A DNA stretch of 60,573 nucleotides from a virus (IMGVR_UViG_3300042889_001694:1-60573); one strand, 5' to 3'. Positions 1-10,041 are shown, numbered from the stretch's first letter. A program made the numbers and translations. Notes: generated by a model not told the origin, from the sequence alone.

Positions 1-1
1 A

Positions 2-439
2 CAAGGCCGCAAATTAATTAAGATTTTTAACGAATCGGCTGCCATTGGGTTCTTGCCGCCCTTGAGAGATGCCATGTACTATGTCAAGCGACTGCACGAA
101 GAACACGGATATGTATTTCACTGTATTACCAGTCTAAGTCTTGATCCCAATGCACAAAAACTTCGCAGTATGAATCTTGACAAACTGTTTGGCAGCACTG
201 TGTTTGAAAAAATTGTGTGCTTGGATACCGGAGCTGACAAAGATCAGGCACTGGAACCCTACAAGGACAGTGGATGTTTCTGGGTTGAAGACAAGCCTGA
301 AAACGCTGAAACTGGATTCCGTCTGGGATTGCGTAGCATACTCGTGGAGCATGGGCATAATATGACTCATGCCCATGCTGGAATTCCAATTGTTAAAAAT
401 TGGAAAGAGATCTACGATATAGTTGTATCAGCTGGTTAA
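2..439 (+). CDS. HAD-superfamily 5'(3')-deoxyribonucleotidase-like protein, 5'-truncated by the window
   Basis: Frame is open from the window start. C-terminal HAD-type 'WVEDKPEN' motif and 'HGHN...NWKEIY' ending typical of phage nucleotidase-like proteins. Confidence 0.6.
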   Translation, partial: QGRKLIKIFNESAAIGFLPPLRDAMYYVKRLHEEHGYVFHCITSLSLDPNAQKLRSMNLDKLFGSTVFEKIVCLDTGADKDQALEPYKDSGCFWVEDKPENAETGFRLGLRSILVEHGHNMTHAHAGIPIVKNWKEIYDIVVSAG

Positions 440-1179
440 CTCCCGTATAGTTTTAGTACTGATGCAATAATGGGGTGACGTTGAACATCGCGGGCACCTA
501 ATTCACATACTTGTAGGCCGGGATACCCATGTGCATTCAATCTTGCACAGAGATCCAGCAAGCCGTTGTTGACTGATGTTCGATCCGTTTGCTCAACGTC
601 ACCCGTTACTACTATCTTGCTGCCAACGCCAATGCGTGTCAGCAACATCTTGAGTTGGTTTGGTGTGGCATTTTGCATTTCGTCAGCTACAATAAAAGCA
701 TTTTTAAATGTACGACCTCGCATGAATGCCAATGGGGAAATTTCAATGACTTCGTCTTCAATTAATCTAACTACGTCACGTGGATTATAAAACTCCTTGA
801 TAATATCTAATAACGGACGAGTCCAAGGTTCCATCTTTTGATTGAGTGTGCCTGGTAAGAATCCATGCTTCTCATCTTCCACACCCACTGCTGGGCGAGT
901 AAGAATAATCTTTTGACACTTGTTGGCTCGTAATGCTTGTAATGCTGCCAGTGTTGCCAGATAGCTTTTACCAGTACCTGCTGGTCCCACTGCAACTGTG
1001 ATACAAGTGGCAGGGTCTAGTAGGCTTAGTATTAGCTTTTCCTGTGCTAGGCTCTTGGGTCTAAGTTCAATTTGTCGGGTATGTTGTTTTGATGCTTTCC
1101 TAAAATCAATTGTGTTTTCAATTTCGACTTCTTGATGTAGTCGTCTATTTTGCGCTTTAGTACCACGTGCTCGACTCAA
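436..1179 (-). CDS. phoH: PhoH-like ATPase
   Basis: Walker A GPAGTGKS plus PhoH motifs 'GFLPG', 'MRGRTF', 'DEMQN', 'GDVEQTD'. TTG start chosen because AGGAGA lies 7 nt upstream. Confidence 0.93.
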   Translation of the reverse strand: MSRARGTKAQNRRLHQEVEIENTIDFRKASKQHTRQIELRPKSLAQEKLILSLLDPATCITVAVGPAGTGKSYLATLAALQALRANKCQKIILTRPAVGVEDEKHGFLPGTLNQKMEPWTRPLLDIIKEFYNPRDVVRLIEDEVIEISPLAFMRGRTFKNAFIVADEMQNATPNQLKMLLTRIGVGSKIVVTGDVEQTDRTSVNNGLLDLCARLNAHGYPGLQVCELGARDVQRHPIIASVLKLYGS

Positions 1180-1333
1180 ATTAGATTCTCCTATAAAGGG
1201 GTTGTTCGCTACCCACAGATATTTAAACCCAAACACCAGAGCAATTAAACATACTGTATTTCGGAAAAATTCGGTATAAGTATTAGGCTCCAAGGGCAAC
1301 AACTACAATAAACTGTTTGATCTCCCATCAACA

Positions 1334-1339
1334 TAAATA
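1334..1339 (+). promoter_or_regulatory. Putative late promoter TAA(A/G/T)TA, representative copy
   Basis: Also at 12083, 15570, 19409, 20402, 22491, 28513, 29437, 29649, 57321, 60464 and at 12023-12028 on the minus strand; resembles the T4 late TATAAATA. Confidence 0.65.
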
Positions 1340-1344
1340 ACAAC

Positions 1345-1908
1345 ATGGACAAAGACATATTCCGCAATCACGAAGACTACTGGTTAGTTGCCGAACAAAT
1401 CCGCGATCTATATCTCAGCGAAGGCAGTATCCTTAGTTTGCTGGATTTTGAACGTGTGCTTGACGAACTAGATTTATACGCATTTAAAAACTGGCAACTG
1501 GGCGAACTAGTTTCAGGACCCAAAATTGGACGCTACAAGATTGCTTGTATATTCATGTGGCCTGAAAAACTCATGCCTGATCCGCGTGGCGCCAAACGTT
1601 TGTTGCCGTTTGATTGCGAAGTTAGATACAAGAAAACCACAATCAAGATACCAGTAAAAATTGAAGAGCCTGACGATTATATCCCTGGCACACACAAAGC
1701 TCGTTTGATCAAGAAGCCAGTGTGGCTGGTGGAAATTGTCATTCCCAAGAGTCTGATTTCAGATATACGCACAGGCAGTGTGGAGTTGGAAGATGAAAGA
1801 ATTGATCTTGAGGATCTTGATTCAGCGTATGAGGAAGATCTAGATCAACAAGAATTTAGAAATGATAGCGAGCAACCAAATGAACAACCATCAGCCCCAG
1901 CTGCTTAA
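1345..1908 (+). CDS. Hypothetical phage protein
   Basis: 187-aa ORF with acidic tail; TAAATA element 5 nt upstream of the ATG. Confidence 0.8.
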   Translation: MDKDIFRNHEDYWLVAEQIRDLYLSEGSILSLLDFERVLDELDLYAFKNWQLGELVSGPKIGRYKIACIFMWPEKLMPDPRGAKRLLPFDCEVRYKKTTIKIPVKIEEPDDYIPGTHKARLIKKPVWLVEIVIPKSLISDIRTGSVELEDERIDLEDLDSAYEEDLDQQEFRNDSEQPNEQPSAPAA

Positions 1909-2428
1909 TGAAGCACTAGAATACCAGGACCTTGTGGGCATGATGAAACCACGTGTGCATGTGGACGAATTTGCCAGCAAGATGGGCGATGATGATGACA
2001 TCATTGTTATCAGTTTCTTTGTACGTAGCAAAGAAGCCGCACGTGATCTAGTGAACTGGTTTGAAAAAGGCTACGATTTTGTAATGGATGCTGACCAAAG
2101 CCCAGGCGAAATCCGTCCAGGACGATATCTAGTGTATGTGGAACTGCGCAGACGTAGTTCAGCAGGTACCTGGGTGGCTGACATGATTGACGATCTTGGC
2201 ACACTGACTGAATACGAGCCCAAGGACTGGACTCTAAGTTACGAGCGCAAGGACTATCCGTTTAGCAAAGAAGAATTTGATCGATTGGTACCATTGAGTC
2301 CAAAAGACTATCGCAAGGTAAAAGAAACAGGACTAAACGAAATGCGTATTGCGTCGGGTCTTGAGCCTGTGCAAATCTACAAGCCCACAAAAGACCTACG
2401 TCAACTACAGGCCGCAGCCGGCATCTAA
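1880..2428 (+). CDS. Hypothetical phage protein
   Basis: Overlaps the preceding gene end in the same operon; repeated 'MRIASGL / LQAAAGI' helix at the C-terminus. Confidence 0.75.
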   Translation: MNNHQPQLLNEALEYQDLVGMMKPRVHVDEFASKMGDDDDIIVISFFVRSKEAARDLVNWFEKGYDFVMDADQSPGEIRPGRYLVYVELRRRSSAGTWVADMIDDLGTLTEYEPKDWTLSYERKDYPFSKEEFDRLVPLSPKDYRKVKETGLNEMRIASGLEPVQIYKPTKDLRQLQAAAGI

Positions 2429-3082
2429 TGCCAGTCGTGCGCGGGGCAGTATAACGTCAACTGCTGCCTGGTGCGCTGCATCTAACGGGTGAGATCCTGC
2501 ACCAATCTCAAATCCATGATATCTAGCCCAGTCTAAAAAGGTCCGCCCTTCAAAGTCGCACAAGTACGGTTGTACTAGTTGTTGAAGAAATCTAACACTG
2601 TGTGGGGCATGCCAGGTGGTATTCATCATGAGTGAATCCATGTAGGTCATGACAAATGGTTGTTTGTGTTGGGTAAGAATATCCACCGCAGATTTAACAC
2701 ACATCAAACTGGTGAATTTATCATGCAGATCTGACTGCACATGCTGGTAGTAGGCCCGGGCTGTTGTGCTTGAGTCACTTGGTACAATTGTGCCCCATTC
2801 GTCAGCCATGCAGGTGGGAGTGGGATTTCCATAGTCAAACCGATCAATCCAGGTCCACCCAATCACGTACAGTGTGGGTATGCCCAGACTCAGTTCTGAT
2901 ATCACACGTTCAAGTATGCGCAGATTGCCCGCTCCACCTTGACCGCGTCCATGATGTTCCAAGCCCAGTTGTTGCGACAACAATGCTGGCCAGGTCAGTT
3001 CACTGGGTTTGCCACCGGGTCCGGCATCATCAGAAAGTTCTGTTCCAAATATAAAACTGCAACCAAAACTCTTGAGTATCAT
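2405..3082 (-). CDS. SGNH/GDSL-like hypothetical protein
   Basis: N-terminal 'SFGCSFIFG', central 'GAGN', C-terminal 'SHP...AH' pattern. Confidence 0.6.
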   Translation of the reverse strand: MILKSFGCSFIFGTELSDDAGPGGKPSELTWPALLSQQLGLEHHGRGQGGAGNLRILERVISELSLGIPTLYVIGWTWIDRFDYGNPTPTCMADEWGTIVPSDSSTTARAYYQHVQSDLHDKFTSLMCVKSAVDILTQHKQPFVMTYMDSLMMNTTWHAPHSVRFLQQLVQPYLCDFEGRTFLDWARYHGFEIGAGSHPLDAAHQAAVDVILPRARLALDAGCGL

Positions 3083-3810
3083 TTGATATTTTTTGTGTAC
3101 ACAAAATACAACCGATCATTGGCATCACGCTTGAATGTGTTAAGCACAAGATTGTATTTTTCAGCAAACTCTTTGACCACTTCAAATGTCCAAGGAAAAA
3201 TATCCACATAAGGACCTGTTTTGTGTGTGATACCAGGGTTGGCCCGCAGATAGAATTTGCCACCAGGAGTCAACAGATCCACGCACTTGGCAAAACGACC
3301 TTCAATCTCGTCCCGGCTGTTGAAATTGATACTGCCCAACGCAATGATCACATCATGATTGCCCACATAGTCCAAGACATCAACCATGTAATCGGCACAG
3401 TTGTTGTAGGGATCAATGCCCACTAAGTTATCAATTCGTCCCTTGAAGGGGTGATAACCACAGCCCACATCCAACACGCTCTTGGGATTCAGTGCATTGA
3501 TCTCATCAACCAGTTGCCAGCCAGTGTAGTCGTAGTCGCCGGTGCGTGGTTTCCAAATTTCGCCAAAAAAGCGATTGATATAACGCTCACTCAAGTCACT
3601 GGTGATTTCTTGCAACGTACCGCGATATTCGCAGGGCAAGCTCAGTTCAACTTCTACTGCGTCTTTGAATTTGCGATAACGAACCGGCGTCCAAGGCAGT
3701 TGATCAACCACTGTGGTGGCTGTTAAGTTCTCTCGAACATGTTGATATTTGGGCAGGGCAAAAGCCTGATTTAAATTTTTCAACAATAGGTTAAAAATTT
3801 TGGTATTCAT
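3079..3810 (-). CDS. Class I SAM-dependent methyltransferase with N-terminal extension
   Basis: Motif I 'VLDVGCG', 'GIDP', 'LTPGG'. Confidence 0.8.
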   Translation of the reverse strand: MNTKIFNLLLKNLNQAFALPKYQHVRENLTATTVVDQLPWTPVRYRKFKDAVEVELSLPCEYRGTLQEITSDLSERYINRFFGEIWKPRTGDYDYTGWQLVDEINALNPKSVLDVGCGYHPFKGRIDNLVGIDPYNNCADYMVDVLDYVGNHDVIIALGSINFNSRDEIEGRFAKCVDLLTPGGKFYLRANPGITHKTGPYVDIFPWTFEVVKEFAEKYNLVLNTFKRDANDRLYFVYTKNIK

Positions 3811-3923
3811 AAAGTTTTTTCTTTGGGATAAATAAAAATACAAGCACATTAGATTTTTTATCAACTCTGACAGAAAATTTTATCGGTGTCTTGTTTTAAG
3901 TTAAGTATATTTAAGGAGAAAGC

Positions 3924-4622
3924 ATGCTTACGTCAAAAAAATTCGTCGCCAAACTCATTGCCGACAACCAAGCTCTGTTTCAAGCCAGCCAGCACAATGT
4001 CAAGGCCTACTTTGATTCAAAGCCAGCACAACAAGAGTTAGTTGACCACTTTATTGGTCGCATGGTTAACGAGCGCATGAACATGGTTGAAATCAGCCGT
4101 GCCATTGCTGAAATGCCAGCCGACGCAGATCCAGTTGAACTGCAACTGTTGGCTCAACAAGCACATGATGAAGCTGTGCACTTCCGTTTGGTCAAGGAAG
4201 TTATTGAGCACATTCAAGGTGCCCCAGTTGATGTTGAAGCTGCCATTGCTGCCGAAGCTGCCAAGCCCACTGCCAAAGGTGCTGGTTTGTTGGCCAAGTA
4301 TGGCGCTGAAACAGATCCTGCTGCTCTGGCAGCATATCAATTGGTTGCTGAAGGCCGTGCTGAAGCTGTGTGGAATACCATGGCTGACTGCATTGAGGAT
4401 GCCTTTATTTCCGGCGCTTATCGCAAGATTGCCCGAGACGAAGGCTTCCACAGCAACATCGGTGCTCGTGCACTGGAGAAGTTTGTGGGCACAGCACAAG
4501 AGCAAGCTCGTATTGAGACTCTTGTGACAGCCATGCGTAAAGACTTGTATGAAATTTCATGTCGCAACACAGTTGCAGCTGAATCGGGTCGTGAACTTGT
4601 GGCCAACGCTTACGGGTGGTAA
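3924..4622 (+). CDS. Ferritin-like diiron-carboxylate protein
   Basis: Two E...EXXH halves ('NERMN...DEAVH', 'AEGRA...DEGFH'), helical; SD AAGGAG upstream. Confidence 0.75.
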   Translation: MLTSKKFVAKLIADNQALFQASQHNVKAYFDSKPAQQELVDHFIGRMVNERMNMVEISRAIAEMPADADPVELQLLAQQAHDEAVHFRLVKEVIEHIQGAPVDVEAAIAAEAAKPTAKGAGLLAKYGAETDPAALAAYQLVAEGRAEAVWNTMADCIEDAFISGAYRKIARDEGFHSNIGARALEKFVGTAQEQARIETLVTAMRKDLYEISCRNTVAAESGRELVANAYGW

Positions 4623-4625
4623 TTT

Positions 4626-5189
4626 ATGATTATAGGACTCAGTCAACGAATCCTATTCCATAAAGGAAGAGCGTATGATTCTATCGAGCACGGGTGGTAT
4701 CAGTTCTTGGCAGGGCATACGCTCTTTTATCTTCCCAACACGTTGAGTCTAGATTTTGATTCAATTGCGGATCACCTGGATTCATTTGTGATAACCGGCG
4801 GTGATGACAGCGCACTGCGTAGAACTGTTGAAACCAAGTTGGCCTCGGCCATGATGCAACGCAATAAACCTGTAGTGGGCATTTGTCATGGGGCATTTTT
4901 GCTTTCAGACTTATTGGGTGGCACCATTGAGGATGTGGATGCACACAGCGACACTGAACACCCGGTGTTTTACTTTGGTGAAATCAAAGGCGTCAACAGC
5001 TTTCATAATTTGGGCATTGCAAAATTGCACAGTACAGGTACTGTGTTGTGCACAGACGAACTGGGACATGTGGAAGCCTGGATCGATGGCAAGCTGGCTG
5101 GAGTAGTCTGGCATCCTGAACGCATGGACAATCCCTGGTTACCAGACGAAATACACAATTTATTATTTGAAGGAAAAAATGAAAGATAA
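4626..5189 (+). CDS. Class I glutamine amidotransferase / peptidase C26 (PuuD-like)
   Basis: 'ITGGD', nucleophile elbow 'GICHG', 'NSFH', catalytic 'WHPE'. Confidence 0.88.
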   Translation: MIIGLSQRILFHKGRAYDSIEHGWYQFLAGHTLFYLPNTLSLDFDSIADHLDSFVITGGDDSALRRTVETKLASAMMQRNKPVVGICHGAFLLSDLLGGTIEDVDAHSDTEHPVFYFGEIKGVNSFHNLGIAKLHSTGTVLCTDELGHVEAWIDGKLAGVVWHPERMDNPWLPDEIHNLLFEGKNER

Positions 5190-5841
5190 ACATCTATTGA
5201 TCATTACAGGACCACAAGGTTCGGGTAATCATTTCTTTAGTCGTATTCTAAGCCAGCACCCCGAAGTAGAGGGCTGGGAAGATCTCAAAAAAGAATACTG
5301 GATTCCCAGCGATCAGGAACCATTTGCAGAGTACTGGGCCAATCCAGAATTGTTGACTGCTGACAAGTTTGCCAATAGTGACTACTTCTTGGCCAATGTC
5401 AGTTGTCCAGTTTATATTAACGGTGTACGACAGTTCAGCAAGATCCGTGAAGTAGCTGATCGTGCAGCCGAACTTGGAGTGCGTGTGACAATTGGCATTA
5501 TTGTAAGAGACAAAAACATCAACATGGTGCAACATCAGCGACTGATGAACGGATACACATCCTTGCCCGAAGCACAAGAGTACTATTACAACAACATATT
5601 GACCAGCGATCATGCTGTGCATTTTGTTGATCACGAGGCATTTTTTTTGCACGGCAAACATTATCTAAAATGGTTGAGCCGGATACTGGACTTTCCCATT
5701 GCCTGGGACAGCGACAGCATATATGATTTTATTGAAAAAGATGCCAATCACAAATATGTGTCGCCAATTGAATCACACTGGCTAGATGAACACATTCGCG
5801 CAGGGCGCAAACCATTCAAAGAAAGAGGAATTGAAAAATGA
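5179..5841 (+). CDS. P-loop / sulfotransferase-like protein
   Basis: N-terminal 'IITGPQGSGNHFFSRILSQHP' and 'IIVRD' resemble the sulfotransferase 5'-PSB and 3'-PB loops. Confidence 0.55.
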   Translation: MKDKHLLIITGPQGSGNHFFSRILSQHPEVEGWEDLKKEYWIPSDQEPFAEYWANPELLTADKFANSDYFLANVSCPVYINGVRQFSKIREVADRAAELGVRVTIGIIVRDKNINMVQHQRLMNGYTSLPEAQEYYYNNILTSDHAVHFVDHEAFFLHGKHYLKWLSRILDFPIAWDSDSIYDFIEKDANHKYVSPIESHWLDEHIRAGRKPFKERGIEK

Positions 5842-6818
5842 AAAAATTATTAGCAACACTATTGATATTAGCCAGCATGGCTGCTCATGCCTGGGAACCC
5901 ACAAAGCCTGTTACAGTTGTTGTGGGCAACACACCCGGTGCTGGAAATGAAATTGCCTTTAGAAAACTGGCAGAAATTGTGCAAAGGTCCAACCCTAAAT
6001 TCACCTATGTTGTACAGAATATTCCCGGTGCCGACTCAGTCATTGCCAACAACCGAGTGTTGGAAGCACCCAATGATGGCTACACCATCAACTTGCCCAG
6101 TCACATGAGTTCGTATGTTACCAACGACATCTGGCAAAAAGACATTAAAAAATACAACTATGACTCATTTGTTGATGTGTTGACCATGGGCAAGAGTCCA
6201 CTGGTGTTGGTGGCACACCCTAGCAGTGCAGTCAATACTCCGCAGGATTTTGTCAAGCTAATCTCCACAACTACTAAACCTATTAATGTGGGCACAGGCG
6301 GTGGCGCACATCGGACTGCTTATGAATTTTTAATGGAAAAAGGTCGTGGTAATCGTGACTTGGTTAAACCTGTCAGATTCAATGGTCCACTACCAACTGT
6401 CACAAGTGTGGCTTCATTTCAGCCGGGACAAGCTGGAACTGAGTTTGGTATCATGCCCATTGCGGTGGCCAAACCCCTGGTGGATGCTGGCAAAGTCAAG
6501 CCCATTGGATTCACGGGCACACAACGCATGCCGCAGTTTCCCAATGTTCCGTTGCTGCGTGATGTGGCCCCAGGCATCAATGTGTATGCTGCCTGGAGTA
6601 TTCAGTTGCCACCCAATACCAATCGAGAAATTGTGGCATGGTATCAACGGAACTTTAGTGCCGCAGTGCGCAGTCGAGAATATGCAGAATGGCGGGAAAG
6701 CCAAGTGGTATTTTATGTAGAAGATGAATTAAATCCAGCAGGACTAAAGCGTCACATGGATGAATTACGTGCCACATTTATTCCTGTGTTGAGTAAAATT
6801 GATTTAAATAAAGAATGA
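5838..6818 (+). CDS. Bug/TctC-family tripartite tricarboxylate transporter substrate-binding protein
   Basis: Signal peptide ending AHA; 'WEPTKPVTVVVGNTPGAG', 'NIPGA', 'PNDGYT', 'PQFPNVP'. Confidence 0.88.
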   Translation: MKKLLATLLILASMAAHAWEPTKPVTVVVGNTPGAGNEIAFRKLAEIVQRSNPKFTYVVQNIPGADSVIANNRVLEAPNDGYTINLPSHMSSYVTNDIWQKDIKKYNYDSFVDVLTMGKSPLVLVAHPSSAVNTPQDFVKLISTTTKPINVGTGGGAHRTAYEFLMEKGRGNRDLVKPVRFNGPLPTVTSVASFQPGQAGTEFGIMPIAVAKPLVDAGKVKPIGFTGTQRMPQFPNVPLLRDVAPGINVYAAWSIQLPPNTNREIVAWYQRNFSAAVRSREYAEWRESQVVFYVEDELNPAGLKRHMDELRATFIPVLSKIDLNKE

Positions 6819-7450
6819 AATATATCTTTGTAGCCGGCGCACCGGGCTCAAAATGGAGCAGTGTGGTCAAGAATATCTATCACAGTGCCAGCATTGATCG
6901 TAGTGATTATCGCGACGAGTGGACTTACTATCATGATGCTGGCGGTGACATGGACCTGATGCACATGGGTGCGTACTTTGATCCTGGCATGACATGTGCT
7001 CTGCCAGAGTATTTTAATTCAATGACGAAATTTCAAGCAGAGCGTATTTTTGACCAGCCATTTGATTCAGCAGCCACTGGTGTGCGAATTATCAAAAGTC
7101 ATGTGTTTAGCTACAAAGAAAACATTGAGTTTCTCAAACGCAATTGGCCTGAGTGCCCTATTGTGTTGGTGTACAGGTCCGACGATGCTTGTCTAGGATG
7201 GTGGGTCAAATGCGGACATTTTGATATCACTTATCCCAGCTATCATATCTATTATAAAGATTTAAAAACCATGGCCAGCATCATCAAGCGGCAAAATCAA
7301 GGTATTCAAGACACCATATGGGACCACAAATCCACAAGGAAACAGCCTGTAACCAATCTTGAATTGTGTGATGCACTTGGTATACAATGGCCACACGGGG
7401 ATTATCAGCAGAACTACAGCAAAAACGACATAGAGGTAACAGTGATATGA
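6815..7450 (+). CDS. Sulfotransferase-like / P-loop hypothetical protein
   Basis: 'IFVAGAPGSKWS', 'IIKSH', 'IVLVYR' follow the sulfotransferase-fold motif order. Confidence 0.5.
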   Translation: MKYIFVAGAPGSKWSSVVKNIYHSASIDRSDYRDEWTYYHDAGGDMDLMHMGAYFDPGMTCALPEYFNSMTKFQAERIFDQPFDSAATGVRIIKSHVFSYKENIEFLKRNWPECPIVLVYRSDDACLGWWVKCGHFDITYPSYHIYYKDLKTMASIIKRQNQGIQDTIWDHKSTRKQPVTNLELCDALGIQWPHGDYQQNYSKNDIEVTVI

Positions 7451-8109
7451 ACGAAACGAGACACAGCAGTTGGGACAAATTAAAAGAAAAAAGCACATAT
7501 CATTTTGATTCTACTAGGATAGATACCAAAAAAGATGTGATCATCTCACTGGGGCATATCAAGCCAGACTGGGATGATGAGTTGCAACAGATACTGGCAG
7601 AGTCAAAACCTGCCAACTGGGAAACACGTGGCTTCAAAGGCGAGGGTGTGTTTGTGCCCAAACCCGAACTTGAAGACGAAGAATATGATCTAGAGCGTGT
7701 GGGCATTGATCCCAAGGTGATCATTACAGATCTTGCCTGGCGACTGGGCCCCAAGTTACAAGCCATTAGTGATGCGTTTGCACTGGAAGATTGCATGGAA
7801 CGTATTCATGTGCAACGACCCGGACAGTTGTGGCACCGGCACATTGACAAATTGTACAAGTGGTTTCCCGAAGACCCTTCACGTGTGATGCGTGTGTTTA
7901 TTCAGCTCACAGCATGGCAACCAGGGCAGTTCTGGGAATACGGCAACCATCACTGGAATCAGTGGCAAGCTGGATCTGTCACAACATTTGACTGGCAGAA
8001 CTTGCCACACTCAACTGCCAACGCCGGACATCATGCCAGAGTGACTCTACAACTGACCGGCATTGTGACTGCTCAAACACAAGAATTCTTGGCCCACTTG
8101 CCTAGATGA
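7447..8109 (+). CDS. Cupin / 2OG-Fe(II) oxygenase-like protein
   Basis: HxD 'HRHID', distal H 'PHSTANAG', 'RVTLQLTG'; paralog of 54340..54867. Confidence 0.6.
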   Translation: MNETRHSSWDKLKEKSTYHFDSTRIDTKKDVIISLGHIKPDWDDELQQILAESKPANWETRGFKGEGVFVPKPELEDEEYDLERVGIDPKVIITDLAWRLGPKLQAISDAFALEDCMERIHVQRPGQLWHRHIDKLYKWFPEDPSRVMRVFIQLTAWQPGQFWEYGNHHWNQWQAGSVTTFDWQNLPHSTANAGHHARVTLQLTGIVTAQTQEFLAHLPR

Positions 8110-8184
8110 ACAAACGTCAATTACAACACCAAGCGGCTGTGATTGCCACAGCAAAAGATCAATTTTAAATTAAATGGAGTCATT

Positions 8185-8979
8185 ATGCCTAAACGTATAT
8201 TAATCATGGGCCTGCCCGGAGCAGGAAAAACTTATCTAGCACAACACATTCTAGAACATTTAGAAAATGAAAAGAAACGTGTGCGTTGGCTCAATGCTGA
8301 TGATGTTCGTAAAAAATACAATGACTGGGATTTCAGTCATGAAGGACGCATACGTCAAAGCCTGCGTATGCGTGAACTAGCAGACTCATTAACTGATGTT
8401 GATTATGTCATCTGCGACTTTGTTGCACCGCTGGTGGAAATGCGCAACAATTTCAAAGCAGATTGGACTGTGTGGGTTGATACAATTGACAAAGGTCGTT
8501 ACGAAGATACTAACAAAGCATTTGTTCCACCTGACCATTATGATTTTAGAATAACTGAACAAAATGCAGAAAAATGGGGCGAGTTTGTGGCTGCACACAT
8601 ATTAGATAACAGGCGTAGACCTATCTTTGCCTGGCAAAAAGAAACTGTACAAATGCTAGGTCGGTGGCAGCCATGGCATGCAGGACATCGTGCATTGTTT
8701 GAACGTGCCATTGCCAAAACAGGACAGGTAGTTATCCAGATTAGAGATTGTCAGGGCTGGCAAGGCAGCAATCCATTTGCCATTGATCAAGTCAAGAACT
8801 TTATCAAGCGCGATTTGGACATGCTGTATCAAGGTCAGTACGAAATTCAAATTGTTCCAAATATTGTGAACATCACATATGGACGGGATGTGGGGTACAA
8901 AATTGAACAAGAAGTATTTGACGATTCTGTTCACTCTATTAGTGCAACAAAGATTCGCAAAGAACTAGGGCTTAAATGA
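8185..8979 (+). CDS. Adenylylsulfate-kinase-like domain fused to a cytidylyltransferase-like domain
   Basis: P-loop 'MGLPGAGKT', 'NADDVRK', 'DFSHEGR'; C-terminal HxGH 'GRWQPWHAGH' and 'SATKIR'. Confidence 0.75.
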   Translation: MPKRILIMGLPGAGKTYLAQHILEHLENEKKRVRWLNADDVRKKYNDWDFSHEGRIRQSLRMRELADSLTDVDYVICDFVAPLVEMRNNFKADWTVWVDTIDKGRYEDTNKAFVPPDHYDFRITEQNAEKWGEFVAAHILDNRRRPIFAWQKETVQMLGRWQPWHAGHRALFERAIAKTGQVVIQIRDCQGWQGSNPFAIDQVKNFIKRDLDMLYQGQYEIQIVPNIVNITYGRDVGYKIEQEVFDDSVHSISATKIRKELGLK

Positions 8980-9185
8980 TTGAATCAACCCGACGTAGCG
9001 TCTTCAAGACTGTTAGTTGGAGAATAACTGGTAGCAGTGCAACATTTGCTATTAGCTATGCTGTGCTGGGTGATTTTTCAATAAGCGGCACCATAGCCAT
9101 AATACAGCTGACTTTCAATACTCTATTGTATTATGTGCATGAGCGACTGTGGAACTTGATCAAATGGGGCCGTGATGCTGGATGA
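8976..9185 (+). CDS. Small membrane protein (DUF2061-like)
   Basis: 'RSVFKTVSWR' ... 'YYVHERLW' signature with two hydrophobic segments. Confidence 0.75.
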   Translation: MIESTRRSVFKTVSWRITGSSATFAISYAVLGDFSISGTIAIIQLTFNTLLYYVHERLWNLIKWGRDAG

Positions 9186-10041
9186 TCTTGTGTTGAGCAC
9201 TAGAGCCAATCAACATTGGCTGTACAATGCAATAGATTCCCCGGATCGCTGTCGTGATCGCGGGGCATTTTTCAAATATTCATGGCCAGTTAGCTACAAC
9301 TACAACAGTCGTGGGTTTAGAGACACAGAATGGCCCACAAGCCTGAATGAATTAAAACAGGCCATATGGTGTGTGGGCGACAGTTTCACCACAGGGCTGG
9401 GCAGTGCTTTGGACCGTACCTGGGTGCACATGTTGCAACAAGCCACAGGACGCAGATGTATCAACATCAGCCTAGAGGGTGCCAGCAACGGATGGATTGC
9501 TCGCAGAGCCAGACAAATCTTGCAAGAAATACAGCCACAACACATGGTTATTCTTTGGAGTTACATGCACCGTAGAGAATCGCCCAATGCTGAATTGTCT
9601 GATGAACAACGTCGAATACCGGCGTATATTCTAGATGAAGCAGTGGATCATGTAAATTACTTTGAGCAGTGTTTGCGTGTACTGGGCACAGCACACTCCA
9701 CAACAGTGATATCTGCTGTTATACCCAATGACTTTGCTGATGATCTAGAACCTGCTGACCAGCTGTGGCAAGTGCTGGCCGATGCCAGCTGGGGCTCATG
9801 TCCCACCACAGCAGCTGAATTTGATGCATTGCCGCAGAGCATTCACAGTGACTTGAAAAAGCACAAGGCACATGATTATTTAAGACTGTGCATACGCATG
9901 ACAGAACTGCATGATAATTTACAACCATTTATTGGCACAATTCCGCAACAGGATCAGTCGCGTGATGGTTACCATTTTGATAAACTAACCAGTGAGTGGT
10001 TTGTTGATAAACTCATACCTTGCTTAAATGATACTAAATGA
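9172..10041 (+). CDS. SGNH-like hypothetical protein
   Basis: 'YNYNSRGFRD', 'CVGDSFTTG', 'GASN', 'RDGYH'. Confidence 0.65.
   Translation: MMLDDLVLSTRANQHWLYNAIDSPDRCRDRGAFFKYSWPVSYNYNSRGFRDTEWPTSLNELKQAIWCVGDSFTTGLGSALDRTWVHMLQQATGRRCINISLEGASNGWIARRARQILQEIQPQHMVILWSYMHRRESPNAELSDEQRRIPAYILDEAVDHVNYFEQCLRVLGTAHSTTVISAVIPNDFADDLEPADQLWQVLADASWGSCPTTAAEFDALPQSIHSDLKKHKAHDYLRLCIRMTELHDNLQPFIGTIPQQDQSRDGYHFDKLTSEWFVDKLIPCLNDTK

Noticed and set aside
1180-1302. ORF-track N-terminal extensions (phoH, 7387, 8143, 24043, 27604, 33178, 38889, 41049, 44533)
   Set aside because: Downstream starts fit SD sites, stop-start overlaps or the shared leader motif better.
8106-8168. 20-aa ORF and GCTGTG/CACAGC hairpin before the APS-kinase gene
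   Set aside because: Too short to support as a gene, and the hairpin has no U-tract in either orientation.
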